A model generated the notes under the pieces. That model had not been told where the DNA came from. It did not search any database and saw nothing but the letters and a program-made list of their open reading frames with translations. DNA of 64,000 nt from the human T2T-CHM13v2.0 reference genome, Homo sapiens. Location: NCBI RefSeq assembly GCF_009914755.1, contig NC_060939.1. The stretch is one strand, 5' to 3'. A program made the translations under genes and the position numbers. The stretch's first letter is position 1, and every line of letters starts with the position of its first letter. This document shows, piece by piece, positions 1-14,150 of this stretch.

Positions 1-198
1 TACCATGCCTCAAGGAGAATATTAGTGATTTAGTGCCACCACCTAAAATTGGGAAGACATAGGGGTGTTGCTTTCTACTACCTCTCCCACTTAACTTGGT
101 TGTTTGGCTTGTGCAAAAAATCAGATGGATATTAGAGAATGACAGTGTGGATTATTGTAAGTCTAATCAGGTGGAGATTTCAATGGTAGCTGCTGTTC
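1..198 (+). mobile_element. ERVL internal (pol/RT) fossil fragment, truncated by window start
   Basis: With frameshifts it translates to PLNLVVWLVQK-SDGY*RMTVDYCKSNQVEISMVAAV, matching the ERV-L RT segment [36 protein letters not shown] as recalled. Confidence 0.75.
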
Positions 199-219
199 TT
201 TTCTTTTGTTGAATGGCTA

Positions 220-1976
220 TCAACTCACAGACTGCAGACTGGTGAATCTTACGTAGAGTAAAAGAAAACCCCACTGAAGCACACCACAGTCAGACTGCTG
301 AAAACCAAAGAGAATGAGATGACCCTAAATATGGTCAGAGAAATGAGACACATAACCTTTAAAGGAACAACAATAAAACTTACAGCTGACTTTTTATCAG
401 AAATTATAGGTGCCAGGAGAAAATAGAAAGGCATCTCTGAAACCTGAAATAAAAAAAGCAGCCAACCTAACATTTTATACTCAGAGAAAATATTCTTCAT
501 AAATAAATGTAAAATAAAAATGTTTTAGACAAAAATAAGTTGAAAATAGTCATGGCCAGCAGATTTTTTCTAGAAAAAATTTTAAAATAGACTCTTCAGG
601 CTGAAAGAAAGTTATCCCAGATGAAAGCATAAAACTGCAAGAAAGAGAAATAAAGAGCACTGGATTGGGTAAATATATCTGAAAAATATAAACAAATAAC
701 TGTTAAAAATAATTATGATGTATTGTGAAATATATAACATGGAGAAGTAAAAATATATGCCAGCAATAGCACAAAGACTGAGGACAGTGAATTGATTACA
801 TGTGTTGTAAAGTTCTTGCACCCTCAGGAGGTGGTAAAAACAACTAGCTTAAGGTAGACTGTAGAACATAAGGAGTTTGTATTGAATCTCTAGCTAATTA
901 TTAAAATATTCAAGAATAGCTAATAGAGGAGAATAATAGAATAGCAAAAAAGCTGATTATTCAAAAGAAGGCAGAAGAGAAAAAATATGAAATAAAAATA
1001 GATGGAGTTAATAGAAAATAAATAGCAAGACTGCAGATATAAATCCATCTATTTTATTTGTTATATTGTATATGTATAACTAAACATTTCAATTAAAGAC
1101 AGATTGTCACACTGCATACAAAAACAAGACTCAAGTATGTGCTATTGATAAGAAAGGCAGTTTAAATATAAGAACACAGTGAAATGGAGAGTAAAAGGAT
1201 AGACGTTATAACATGCAAACAATAGCTATAAGAAAGTTGATTATTATATAATATCAAGTTAATAGACTTTAAAGCAAGAAAAATCACTAGAAGAACACAA
1301 GAACATTTTGTAATAGTAAAACTGTCAATTAAACAGAAAAATCATAAAATATTCTGTATGTAATATTTCACCTATATGCACCTAATAGCTTCAAAATTTA
1401 TATTTCAAAGTGTAACAGAATTAGATGAGGAAACATCAAAATCATATAATAATAGTTGGAGATTTTCACACACACTTCTCAGTATTAGAACAGCTGTCAA
1501 AGCATCAACAGGAATATAAAATATTTGAACAACATGATTCATTAAATTAATCAAGTTGACTATGTAAGATACCACAGTTAACAGTTCTAGATCAGATTTT
1601 CTTTTTATTTACACAGGGAACAGTTACCAAAGTATACTGTATGCTGGCCCCTAATTTAAGTCCTAAAATTTTTTCAAATGATTGATAACATTTAGGTTGT
1701 ATTCTCTGACCACATCACAGTGAATTTAAACTGACAATTAAGAACAGAAAGGTAAGTAGACAAATTTCCAATAGCTTAGCAATTAAGCAGCACACTTCTA
1801 AATAACCCATTGGTAAAAGGATAAGTTACGGCAAATCTTCGAATCTTAGAAAATAGTTTGAATCGAATGATAATGCAGTATATCATATTAAAACCAGTTA
1901 AATGCAGCTAAAGAAGTGCTTACAGGAAAACTAATAGTTTTAAATAGAATCAAATTTCAAAATCAATTATCTAAAC
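220..1976 (+). mobile_element. Old L1M fragment: ORF1 C-terminal half, inter-ORF region, ORF2 endonuclease region
   Basis: A-rich sense strand; degenerate ORF1 motifs (acagctgactttttatcagaa, aacattttatactcagagaaaatattcttc) and EN motifs (aatagttggagattttcacacacacttctcagt, attctctgaccacatcacag). Confidence 0.8.
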
Positions 1977-2655
1977 CAGGGATCAGCACATTATTTCCTG
2001 TAAAGCAGGGGTCCCCAACCCCTGTCGTGGCCTGTTGGAAATTGCTGCACAGCAGGAGGCGAGGGCAGGGAAGTCAAGGAAGTTTCATCTGTATTTACAG
2101 CTGCTGCCCATCACTCACATTACTGAGCTCCGCCTCCTGTCAGATCAGTGGCAGCATTAGATTCTCATAGGAGCACGAACCCTATTGTGAACTGCACATG
2201 CAAGGGATCTAGGTTGCACACTCCTTATGAGAATCTAATGCCTGATGATCTGTCACGTCTCCCATCACCCCTAGATGGGACTGTCTAGTTTCAGGAAAAC
2301 AAGCTCATGGCTCCCACTGATTCTACATTATGGTGAACTGTATAATTATTTCCTTATATGTTACAATGTAATAATAATAGAAATAAAGTACACAGTAAGA
2401 GTAATGCGCTTGAATCATCCTGAAACCATCCCTCACCCCCAGTAGGAGGAAAAATTGTCTTCTGGGAAACCAGTCCCTGGTGCCAAAAAGTTTAGGGACT
2501 GCTGCTGTAAAGGGCCAGAGAATAAAAGTTTTAGGCTTTCTGGGTTATGTGGTCTCTGTCCCAGCTGCTTAAGCCTGCCATTGTAGAGTGAAGGCATACA
2601 TAGACATTAAATTAACAGGTAGGTGGCCCATGAGCTATGGTTTGGGTAATACTTA
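1977..2655 (+). mobile_element. MER58A (hAT-Charlie MITE), interrupted by MER1A
   Basis: cagggatcagcacattatttcctgtaaag resumes after the insert as ctgtaaagggccagagaataaaagttttaggctttctggg... Confidence 0.8.
2006..2504 (+). mobile_element. MER1A (hAT-Charlie), near full length
   Basis: Termini caggggtccccaacc...tttagggactgctg; internal hairpin cattagattctcataggagc/gctccttatgagaatctaatg-like; perfect 8-bp TSD ctgtaaag at 1998-2005 and 2505-2512; about 500 bp. Confidence 0.9.
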
Positions 2656-2971
2656 ATTCAGGGACTATGAAGAATGTACGTGGTCTTTAGATCTCGTTTA
2701 AAAAAAAAGCAGTTTATCTGAGCAGCCTAACAGACGTGGGTGAAAAAATGAAGTCACACCATAGTATATGCAAGGAAATTATGGAAAACTTCCATCTCTC
2801 TGTGATGGTACATCCTTCAACTTTGTGTTTACCTCTTCAGAGAAGCTTTTCCTGGCCTCTACATATCAAAATAGTATTGGCCACATGTACTTTTGCTTCT
2901 GTTTTTTTCTCCTGGTACATTTTTTCTAGTACTCACCACTACCTTAAATTATATCAGTAATTTAAAAAAAC

Positions 2972-3084
2972 TTTAATAGAGACAGGGTCTCACTACGTTG
3001 TCCAGGCTGGTCTCAAATTCCTGGGCTCAAGCAGTCCTCTCACTTCAGCCTCCCGGGTAGCTGGGACTACAGGCACCGTCCACC
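2972..3084 (-). mobile_element. Alu monomer (FLAM-like)
   Basis: gagacagggtctcactacgttgtccaggctggtctcaaattcctgggctcaag...gtagctgggactacaggc. Confidence 0.85.
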
Positions 3085-3094
3085 TTTCCATCTC

Positions 3095-3225
3095 ATGTAC
3101 TGAATTGAAAGTTCTATGAAAACATAAACTTTATCTCTTCTACTACTATATATTTAGCACCCAGAACACTGTCTGGCATAAGGTAGGTGTTCATGATTAT
3201 TTACTGAATATGTAAATAAATGATA
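3095..3225 (+). mobile_element. L2 3' end fragment
   Basis: tagcacccagaacactgtctggcataaggtaggtgttcatgattatttactgaatatgtaaataaatga, typical L2 tail. Confidence 0.65.
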
Positions 3226-3619
3226 GGGAAGAGGACTGTAAGTCAGAAACCCCCAAGTCCCAGAAGTGACACTAGATGGTGTACATGGAGAGCTACTCAT
3301 AGTCACATTCAATCGATCCCTGGGAAACATGTGGCAACAGAGGTGAGGCATGATAAACAAGGCCTGGCAGATCTTTGATTGCTGATATCAAACCTGTGCT
3401 GTCAGTTACTTAAGAAATGGAGGACTCATTCATGCTCATCAGAAATGGTTTTACAAAATGAAAGAAAGAAAAGTAGGACCCACATTGCTTTCCCAGTCAA
3501 CAAGACATTCACTGAGAATTGTTGATATAGCACAAACACAGTTTCTCCAGCTCTCTTGTTGGAATAAACATGTGAGATCACTGGCGAGGAAGGGCCAGTA
3601 TGGAGTGATGGATGAGCTT

Positions 3620-3975
3620 GACTTAATCCTCCCTTTTCCCTAGAGGAGACATTTACGAAAATAATTTCCCTACATTTCTTTATACTTTTGCCATCTAAGT
3701 TTGAATTGCTAAATACTATGGTTTAGTTTTTCTTGTTTTTTGAACATTATGTAAAAGGAGTCATACAGCATGTATTCTTTTGTGTCCACCTTCTTTCATC
3801 AAAATTGTTTTTGAGATGTATCCATGTTGTAGCATGGAGCTACAGTGAGTTTATTCTCATTGCTATATAATGCTAATATACTATAACGTATTCTTTCTAC
3901 TGCTGATGGGCATTTCAGTTTTCTCCTATTTTTGAATATAATGAATAATGCTGCTGGAAAAATTCTTGAAATGAA
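3620..3975 (-). mobile_element. L1ME 3' region fragment
   Basis: ggagtcatacagcatgtattcttttgtgtc...ttttgagatgtatccatgttgtagcatg...tgatgggcattt...atgaataatgctgct. Confidence 0.7.
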
Positions 3976-4150
3976 TATAAGCTGCTGCTTTCTGGATCAT
4001 GAACAAAGGACTCTTCTGCCACAGAAATAGCTTCCTAGTACTCTAAGCTTCCTTATTACAGTTCAGTTTTATAACCTTTGATAGCGTTTGATTGGCCATA
4101 TTCTTTCACTAGACAGTATGATTCATCAACACAAAATAATCCACACTTTC

Positions 4151-4343
4151 TATCGTAGTCCATTTTGTGTTGCTACAAATACCTGAGACTGGGTAATTTA
4201 TAGAGAAAGGTCTATTTAACTCAAGGTTCTGCAGGCTGTATAGGAAGCAAGGCACTGACATCTGCTCAGCTTCTGGTGAGGGCTTTTGTGCTGTTTCAAA
4301 CATGACAAAGGTCAAAGGGGAAGTGGGCACGTGTGAAGAGGGA
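4151..4343 (-). mobile_element. MST-family MaLR LTR fragment
   Basis: tagtccattttgtgttgctac..aatacctgagactgggtaatttatag...ggttctgcaggctgtataggaagc...gcttctggtgagggc. Confidence 0.8.
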
Positions 4344-4714
4344 CTTTCCTTATTTTTCTATCAATACGTGTTTGCTAAGAGGGCGTGTGATGAGGACTAG
4401 TGGGATTTAAGACTTTTTTTTAAATTTAAGATTATTGAAGTCATTTGGCCCCTTGCAAGAAGTACACTAGACTCATCCCTGCTTATTTATATTAATGGGG
4501 CCTAGGCATAGCATAAATCAATGGTATCAGTAATACATTAAAATCTTGTTTAAGTCATACAGTTTAAGTTTAGTCCTACTTTAGGAGTTCTCCAACTCCC
4601 TTAATAAGGCTGCTAAAGGGCAAAAATAACAGTAAGGACTAATGACAATTTTGAATTGTTAATATCTATATGACTCTCCTGGATAGTTTGTTAACATTCA
4701 GTTTCCCTGGCTCC

Positions 4715-4822
4715 ACTTAGAGAGCTTGGATTAATAGGCTTGAAGTAGAGACCAGGAAACTGCATTTTTAATAAGCACCCAAAGGAGACTTTAATGCAGA
4801 TATTCTTTGGACCACACTGTGG
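4715..4822. mobile_element. MER5-family fragment
   Basis: ccaggaaactgcatttttaataagcacccaaaggagactttaatgcag...ggaccacact. Confidence 0.55.
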
Positions 4823-6277
4823 CAGAGCTATCAATAAACAATGGCGGGAAGGAGAAGCAAGGATTACAACTACAGTAGTGAAAAGAAAGACAAACATCTG
4901 TAGAAAGATTACAAGAAAACCAATTGTGGTTCTTCCTGGGGACAGGGATAAAGCTCTCTGACTGTGGGCAGTGATTGTAGTTTGTAGCATTCAGGGTCCT
5001 CCTCTCTGGGCATGTTCACCTCCCACTCTAGGGTTCAGGCAAGCTGGGGCTCTTACCTTCCACATAGCCCAGCAGATTCTCCAAAGCTTCAAAGGTTCAT
5101 GCACCTACACAGAAATAAATCATTTGAAAGGGCTGTTTCAAAACTGAAAGTAACATGCTCGATTTTAGATTCTGTCCAACGCAAAAAATGTTAAGAGGAC
5201 AAAAAAGGTAAATTAGGCCAACAAATATACTAAATGAGATAAGGAACAAAATTAGTAATATTAAGCAAGAACAATTAAAACACTAAAATGAACTAAGCAG
5301 AATAGTAGGTATCAAAAATAATACTTAAAGAATACTATCATTGGATGAGTAGCAGACTGGATGTGTTGGAGGATTGAATTAATGAATTAGAAGACAAATT
5401 GAAAAAATCTCTGCAAAGGGAAAAAACAAAAAAAATATTGTATACAAAGCCAAAAAGATATGGAGTGGAATAGAAGTGGTAGTACTCAGATAATAGGTGT
5501 CTCAGAAAGAAAATATAAATGGAGATAAAGAAGTAGTTGAAGAAATAATGGAGATAAGTTTTCCCAGATTAAATAAAGATGAAAGACTTCTGTTTCAAAG
5601 AACTCATAGAGAGTGTCCAAGAGGCGAGAGAAGGAAATCACAACCAGACTCTTTATAGTATGATTTAATAACAAAGGCAAAGAGAAATGTGAAGGCTTCA
5701 GAGACAAAATGAATCACAAGCTCAAGAATCACATCGATATCAGATCTCTTTTGCTATCAACTCGATGCAAAAGACAACAAAGTAGGATTTTCAACACATT
5801 GGTAACTTAGAATCTAGAATTTTATATCCAGACAAAATGTCATTCAAATTCAGAGATGTGATAAGATATTCTCAGGCATGGAAGGCCTCGGGAGGTTTGC
5901 CACACGGAGATCTGACTTGGGAATATTTAGGGGTGAAATATTTATATAAGTGGAGAGAAAAAATCGAGGAGATGCTGCAGGACATAGATGAAGGAACTGG
6001 GTTTTTCATTCTTTGGTAACATTTATTGCTTTCTCTAAAAAGTAAGATTAAATAAAAAGACAAAAATGTATTTATAATAACTCTGAATTTTAAACCGACA
6101 TTACCAACATAAAGAGTGAGGAGTTGGAGTTATTTGAAAGTGTACTAAGATTCTTTCTTCACTGGGAGTGAAAGAGACATAGATGTCAATATCCCCCCTC
6201 CCCCGCAAAAAAAAGGAAGACAAATTAAATGATGGAAAAAGTGGGAGAGAACTGAAATAGTAAACTAAGATTGTAAA

Positions 6278-6680
6278 AATGGGTTTTGAGATTCCCTAAA
6301 AGCACACTGTAAGATGAGAATACTTGTATAAATGTTTTACTAAAGAAATGCTCCCAGGGGAAACTGGTAATGGAGTGGGTGAAACAGAACATGGACAGGA
6401 ACAAAGCGAAGCAAGGCACAACCTCATGAACATGCAGTGGTGGCTTCGGGTGACCTGGAAGAGCAACTCTGGAGTGTGTGTTTATGGCTTCTATGTTCTC
6501 ACCCCCATCATTCACTGATGAATTCTTCCTGGGTACCTCCAGAGGGTCTGGGGGACTAGGAGACTGAGACAGTTACTTTAAACAGTGGCAAGTGATAGCT
6601 GTAGGAAATAAAAAACTCCCTGACAGTGGGGGCTAAGCAAAAATGGCTGAAAAGGATCCACAAGAATCTGGGCAGATCCA
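6278..6680 (-). mobile_element. Ancient ERVL-class LTR (LTR33/LTR41-like)
   Basis: gagattccctaaaagcacactgtaagatgagaatacttgtataaatgttttactaaagaaatgctcccaggggaaactggtaatggagtggg resembles reverse LTR33/LTR41 3' end. Confidence 0.5.
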
Positions 6681-7750
6681 TTATCCACTAACCAGATCCA
6701 AATACATCAGTACTGTCAATATATGTAAATGAAGGAAACCTACAGTCAAAAAAACATGAACATGCAAAAGTTGAAACTATAAGGATGAAAGTATAAGGAT
6801 GTCAGTCAAACACCAACCTTTTCTCATTATGTAGTGATCCCTTCCAACCCTATTAGTGCTTATGGTCTTAAGTCCTATTCTTTTTCGTATTATTAGATAG
6901 AAAAGGTCATTCAACACACCAAGTTGATACCTCTGTTTTAAACATGTGTGTACTTAACAAAATAGCTTCAAAATATTTTAAACTGGTGATTCAATAATAC
7001 AGAATAACAAGGTAAACGGTTAAGTTGAAAGAAAAATTTCCAAAGCGTAATACATATGAAACTATAAAAGAACAGATTACAATGTGTTTATAGCTGGGAC
7101 TTCTCCTGGTACTCAAAGTATTAAATTCTGTTGTAAAGAGGTGAAATGTCTAGCTCCCAAATGATTAGATGTTAAATTTATTTCTTCATAATATGAAATT
7201 ATTTTCAGTGTTGAACAAGACCAGGGAAGCCGTTCATAATATACTGAAAGCTTTAAAAACAACTGATAAAAACCACAAAACTCATTTTGTATAAAACTTA
7301 AAAACTACAAGGCCTCATTTTTGTAAATATAGTTAGAATATGCATGTAAATTAAAAACAAAAAATATTGACTAAATTATAGAAAATAAAATAATACACAA
7401 CTTTATAACTTTTGAAAATATATAAAAATTATAACAAATGTTTTAAAAATAGACTATCATTATTAAAGAGATTGAAGCAATGGTTAACAATATTCACACA
7501 AAAAAATTAGGGTCAAATGGTTTTATAGCTTAGTTTTACAGGTGGCAAAGACATTATAAAAAAATTATCAGCTCACTTTACTCACTGATATAGATGCAAT
7601 AATCCTAAATAAATACAAGCAACTCAAATCTAACAAAGGATACAAAAGGTAATATGCTATGACTAATTTGAGTTTATTTCAGATATGTAAGGATGATTTA
7701 ATATTAAATCTGTAAATATAGTTTACTGCACTAACATGAAAGGGGGAAAA

Positions 7751-7899
7751 AGCTGGGCATGATAGCGTGTACTTGTGGTCCCAACTACTCAGGAGGCTGA
7801 GGCAGGAGGATCACTTGAGCCCAGGAGTTGGAGGCTGGAGTGAGCTATAATCACACCACTGCACTTCAGCCTGGGTGATAGAGCAAAACTCCGTCTCTT
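7751..7899 (+). mobile_element. FRAM/AluJ right-arm monomer; its A-tail is displaced to 9309-9321 by the L1PA insertion
   Basis: agctgggcatgatagcgtgtacttgtggtcccaactactcaggaggctgaggcaggaggatcacttgagcccagg... Confidence 0.85.
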
Positions 7900-9294
<1,395 letters not shown>

Positions 9295-9640
9295 AAACTC
9301 CATCTCTTAAAAAAATAAAAAGAGGAGAGGAGGAAGCCATATAACCATCTTAATCTATACCAGAAGAAGTATTATATTAAATTTAACATATATATGTATG
9401 TATTTATTTATTTAAAAGTAGCAAATTTCTTAACTTGATAGAATGTGTTTATTTAAAAATCTAAAAGGCAATATTCTGCATAGGGATATTAAAAGCATAT
9501 CTTTATAATGACAAAAGAAATACGGGTATTCATTATAACCACGTCTAGTCAACATTGCCTTGGCAGCCTTACCAGTGCAACAAGACAAGAAAAAGTAATT
9601 ACAAGTATAAGGACTGAGAGGAGGAAGTAAATTGTCATTA

Positions 9641-10858
9641 AAGTCATGCACCACATAATCACATAATAACTTTTTGGTCAATGATGCACTGCGTATAGAA
9701 CTGTAGTCCCATAAGATTATAACGAAGCTGAAAAATCTGTATTGTCTAATTATGTCACAGCCATGGTAAAGTTGTAGCACAACATATTTCTCATGCGTTT
9801 GTGGTGATGCTGGTGTAAACAAACCTACCATGTTGCCAATCTTTTAAAATTATTGCATATACAGTGGTGTACAGATCATAACACTTGACAATAAATGACC
9901 ATGTTACTGGGCTATGTACTTTCTGTACTATACTTTTAATTATTACTTTACAGTATACTCTTTCTACTTATAAAAACACGTTAACTGTAAAACAGTCTCA
10001 GGCAGGTCCTTCAGGAGGTATTCAGAAGAAGCCATTGTTAGCATAGGAGATGACAGCTCCCAGCATGTTATTGCCCCTGAAAACCTGCCAGTGTGACAAG
10101 ATGCAGAGGTAGAAGAGAGTGCTATTGATGATCCTGACCCTGTTTGGGCCTAGGTTAACGTGTGTGTTTATGTCTTAGTTTTTAACAAAGAAGTTTAAAA
10201 AGTAAAAAAAAAAATTTTTAATTAAAGATAGAAAAAAGCTGATAGAATAAGGCAATAAATAAGTAAAATATTTTTGTACAGCAGTACAATGTGTTTGTGT
10301 TTTAAGCTAAGTATTATTACAAGAGGAAAACGTGTTTAATAATTTTAAAGTTTATAAAGTAAAAAAGTTACAGTAAGCTAAGATTTATTATTGAAGAAAG
10401 AAAAATACCTTAGAGATAAATTTAGTGTAGCCAAAGTATGCAGTGTTTATAAAGTTTACAATAGTATACAGTAACATCCTACACCTTCACATGCACTCAC
10501 CACTCAGTCACCCAAGAGCAGCTTCCAGTCCTACAAGCTCCATTCATGTGAGTGCTCTATACAGGTGTAGCATTTTAAAAATCTTTTATACTGTATTTTT
10601 ACTGTACCTTTTCTATGTTTAGAGGTATTTAGATACACAATTACTATTGTGTTACAGTTGCTTACAGTATTCAGTACAGTAACATGATGTACATGTTTGT
10701 AGCCTAGCAGCAATAGGCTACACCATATAGCCTGGGTGTGTAGTAGACTCTACCACCTAGGTTTGTGTAAGCACACTCTATGATGTTCACACAACAACAA
10801 AATCACCTAACAATGCGTTTCTCAGAAAGCATCCCCATTGTTACATGATGCATGACTG
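9641..10858 (+). mobile_element. Tigger3b (TcMar-Tigger), near full length
   Basis: TIR-like ends (a)agtcatgcaccacataa...ttacatgatgcatgactg; TA target; about 1.2 kb; typical internal text (ggcaggtccttcaggaggtattcagaagaag). Confidence 0.88.
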
Positions 10859-12016
10859 ATATTTGCAGATGGTGTGGTCATTTACATAATCAGTCTAAAA
10901 TAATCATTATTTGAAATAATAAGATTAATATACAAATGTTAGCTGCATTTCTATACACCAGCAGCAAACAACTAGAAAATGTAAAGAAAAAATACTCTTT
11001 ATAATAGCATCAGAGAACTTTAAGTATCTAGTAATAAATACTTATTTTGTAAGTCACTGAAAATTTGAGGTTGTTTGTTATACAGCAAACCTGATTAGCT
11101 CTACAAGGAAAATGTTAAAGCTCTATTATGAGATATTAAAGAAGGCTCAAGTAAATAGATAGCTCATCTGGCCTTGAATAGGAATTTTAATAGAATATCT
11201 CAGTTCTTTCCAAATTGATCTATAAATTGAAAATAATTCCAATCAAAACCTCAACAGTGTTTTTCATAGCATGTGATAATCCTAGATGGAAGAGTTAAGG
11301 GCTGAAATAGTTAAAATATTTCGTCAGGAAAGGACACTTCCCTTGCTGGTTGTCAGGATTTACTATGAAACTAGAGTAATTGAGACAGTAGTGGTATTAG
11401 TTCACCGATCAATGGAAATACGTAGGGAGCCCAGAAATAGATTCCCATATGTTTGGCACTGGGGATAAGAAAAAGGTGGCATATTATCAGTAGAGAAAGG
11501 AGCTGAAAGATGGAACTGAAAACAATGCTTCTCCAAGTGGAAGAAGTTGGAGGTGTATCCCAACCTCACCTAATTACAAAATAAACTTCATTTAAGTTAA
11601 AGACTTTCAAAAACAAAACTTTGAAACCCATACAAAAAATATAGGTCAGTATTTTAAAACTTGGAGAAGTAACTTAAACAAAACATAGAATTGTTGACTA
11701 TAAAATGAAGTATTGATAATGTGGGCTAAAGTAAAATAAAGAACTTTATTCATCAAAATACCCCTTAAAGGACCTGAAAGTTAAGAAATAAATTGGGAGA
11801 TAGTTGCCATGTACATGATCAATAAATAATTGGTATTAAATAGCTCCTACATATCAATGAGGAAAACACAACTCAAGGGAAAACATAGACAACATGAAAA
11901 TACTGTTAAGAAGAGAAGCACATGAGAGCAGTAAATATGTGACATTAAATACGTGAATATTATTATGAGAAAAATGCAAAATGAGGTCTCACTGAAATAC
12001 CATTTTACCCAAAAGC

Positions 12017-12345
12017 AGGCCAGGAATACTAAGGAATTAACACTCTCCAGCAACATCCCTCAACCTGTGATTTGTTGGAGTTAGTGCAAAAATAAATCCA
12101 CTGCCCCACTCTTTGGATAGAATAATTCTGAGACAAGTGTTTGCACCATTTCTCAGTGCTTTCCATGGGATCTTCAGCCCTCATTCATCCACTGGGATAG
12201 CTGGAATAATTGAATACCCTTTATTAGCTGTAGTTCCTGTCCTGTATCCCCTCTCCACTTCTCTATTGGCGTTATTACTTCCCAAATGGGCTATTTTCAT
12301 TTAAATCCTTGTCTCAGGTTTCCTCAGAAAGCCCAAATAAAGACT
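12017..12345 (+). mobile_element. LTR16C-like ERVL LTR fragment
   Basis: aggaattaacactctccagcaacatccctcaacc...aaatccttgtctcaggtttcctcagaaagcccaaataaagac. Confidence 0.7.
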
Positions 12346-12635
12346 GTATTTTTTGCATAAGAATATGTTGAGATGTGATGAAAAATATTAAATGGAATAG
12401 TTGGGAATGATGCACAGGGAATTCAGATTGCTGGTTACCTTCCATGGGGTGTTGGATGGCAGATCTGGATGAGAGGGGTTCAGATGGATATATGTGTGAT
12501 CTTTGTAAAGGTTCTGGCTTTTGTTCAGATGATGAGTTTGTAGGTGAGTGTTATTAAAAATAGCCAACTAATATATCAATATATGTAAATTTTGTCATTA
12601 ACTCAGCTCTGTGGCCTCAGGTCCTTCAGAATAGG

Positions 12636-12727
12636 AGAAAAGAGAATGAGACGGGGAGAGAGAGAGAGAGAATAACAAAGCAAGGAAAGGAGAAAGAAAG
12701 GGAGGGAGGGAAGGAGGAAGAGAGAAA
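12636..12727 (+). repeat. GA-rich low-complexity / (GA)n tract
   Basis: gagagagagagagag...gggagggagggaaggaggaagagaga. Confidence 0.8.
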
Positions 12728-13094
12728 TTATGAGGCCATGTTAGGATATTAGTGAGCTCTAGGAAGAATATTGTCAAGAAAAAGTGGATTGACTCTAAGC
12801 AATAAGTGGAACGAGGAAAATGTTGGAAATTATTGGAAGTCTTTTCTCAACAAGAAAAAAGATAAGACAATGAAAAATTTCAGGAACATAAAAACTGTAG
12901 AAGATCATACTACAATTATGAATTCATCTAAAATGGAGCATACCTGGGGCAACTGATAGAATGTAAGATATTTGAATCTATTTTCCTGATGTTAGAATAG
13001 TTCTCTGTTTTGAGAGGCACAAGATTTATGACATTGTCCCTTCAAAGATTGAAATGTAATTATAGTACATACTTCATTCTACTATGAAACATAC

Positions 13095-13300
13095 TTGCAT
13101 ACTAATTCCCCAGTCATCTTCACTTTCTTACCATCAGAACTCCAACATTAATTATGGCCATGTTGTGCCAAATTTTAAAAAAACATTTCCCAGCCTCCCT
13201 TGCAACTAGGGGTAGCCACATGATATGGTTTCAACCAATAAGATATAAGTGGAAGTTGCTGGGTGGAATTTGATCTTTTACCTTCTTGAGTTACTATTCC
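13095..13300 (+). mobile_element. Old MLT1 LTR fragment
   Basis: acatttcccagcctcccttgcaactaggggtagccacatgatatggtttcaaccaataagatataagtggaagt. Confidence 0.65.
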
Positions 13301-13939
13301 ATCTTCTTTTTTCCTGTCTTTCAGTAACAGACTCTTCTCAAGATTAGACACTAGCCTAATCTTTGGTTCTCTGCCAAATACCTGTTCTTAATCTTTTAGT
13401 TTTCTGCCACTTTTCTGAGAATGCTTTCCCAAAGCTTGCTAGTAACATCTTAATAGGCAAGCCCTAATTACACTCTCTCAGTCTTGATCTTCTTAGAACT
13501 TGGTCCATCCTGTAATACTCTTAAAAGCTTCTCATTTTTCAGGCAGCATCTCAGCTCCTCAAGTACTTTGATTCTGTGCTGATCCTGTGTTAACCACAGA
13601 GATCCTCCTTGGTCCCTAGTGTCTTTTGTCACTCTGAAATTTAAACAGTCACTGTGGTTTGCTGTTAGATTTCTTTCTTTCTTCTTTTGTCAGTTGTCTC
13701 TGCTATGGGGATTGCATTTTTTTTTCAAGGCTGTGGCAATTACGTTGATGAAGATCATTTCCCAGCCTTTAGCTTTCCTCTAGTCTCTCCCCCACGTGCC
13801 AGGCCTGTATTTCCAGATGTGTGCTCCATAGAGCCACTACCTCTACTAAAAATGTCTAAACTGAGACATATCGTTTTTTAAATTCCCTAATCAGGTTCTC
13901 CTTGTGATGGAGATGTTTTGATCAACAAATTGTTTTAAA

Positions 13940-14150
13940 CTCTCAGCAGCAGGGGTTTATCATGTGCCAGGGACAGTGCCAAGAGCTTTACATTTTTGAT
14001 TCTCACAGCAGCTCTGTCAGGTGCATAGCATTGTTAGCCCCATTTTACAGATGAAGAAACTGAGACCTAAAGAAGTGAGGCCTGATTTTTCCAACATCAC
14101 ACAATTTTTACTGGCTGAGACTGGTCCCCTGATGCCTAAGTCAAATGGTC
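13940..14150 (-). mobile_element. MIR (flanked by L2 fragments about 13320-13900 and 14160-14400)
   Basis: MIR core ccccattttacagatgaagaaactgagacctaaagaagtg. Confidence 0.8.
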
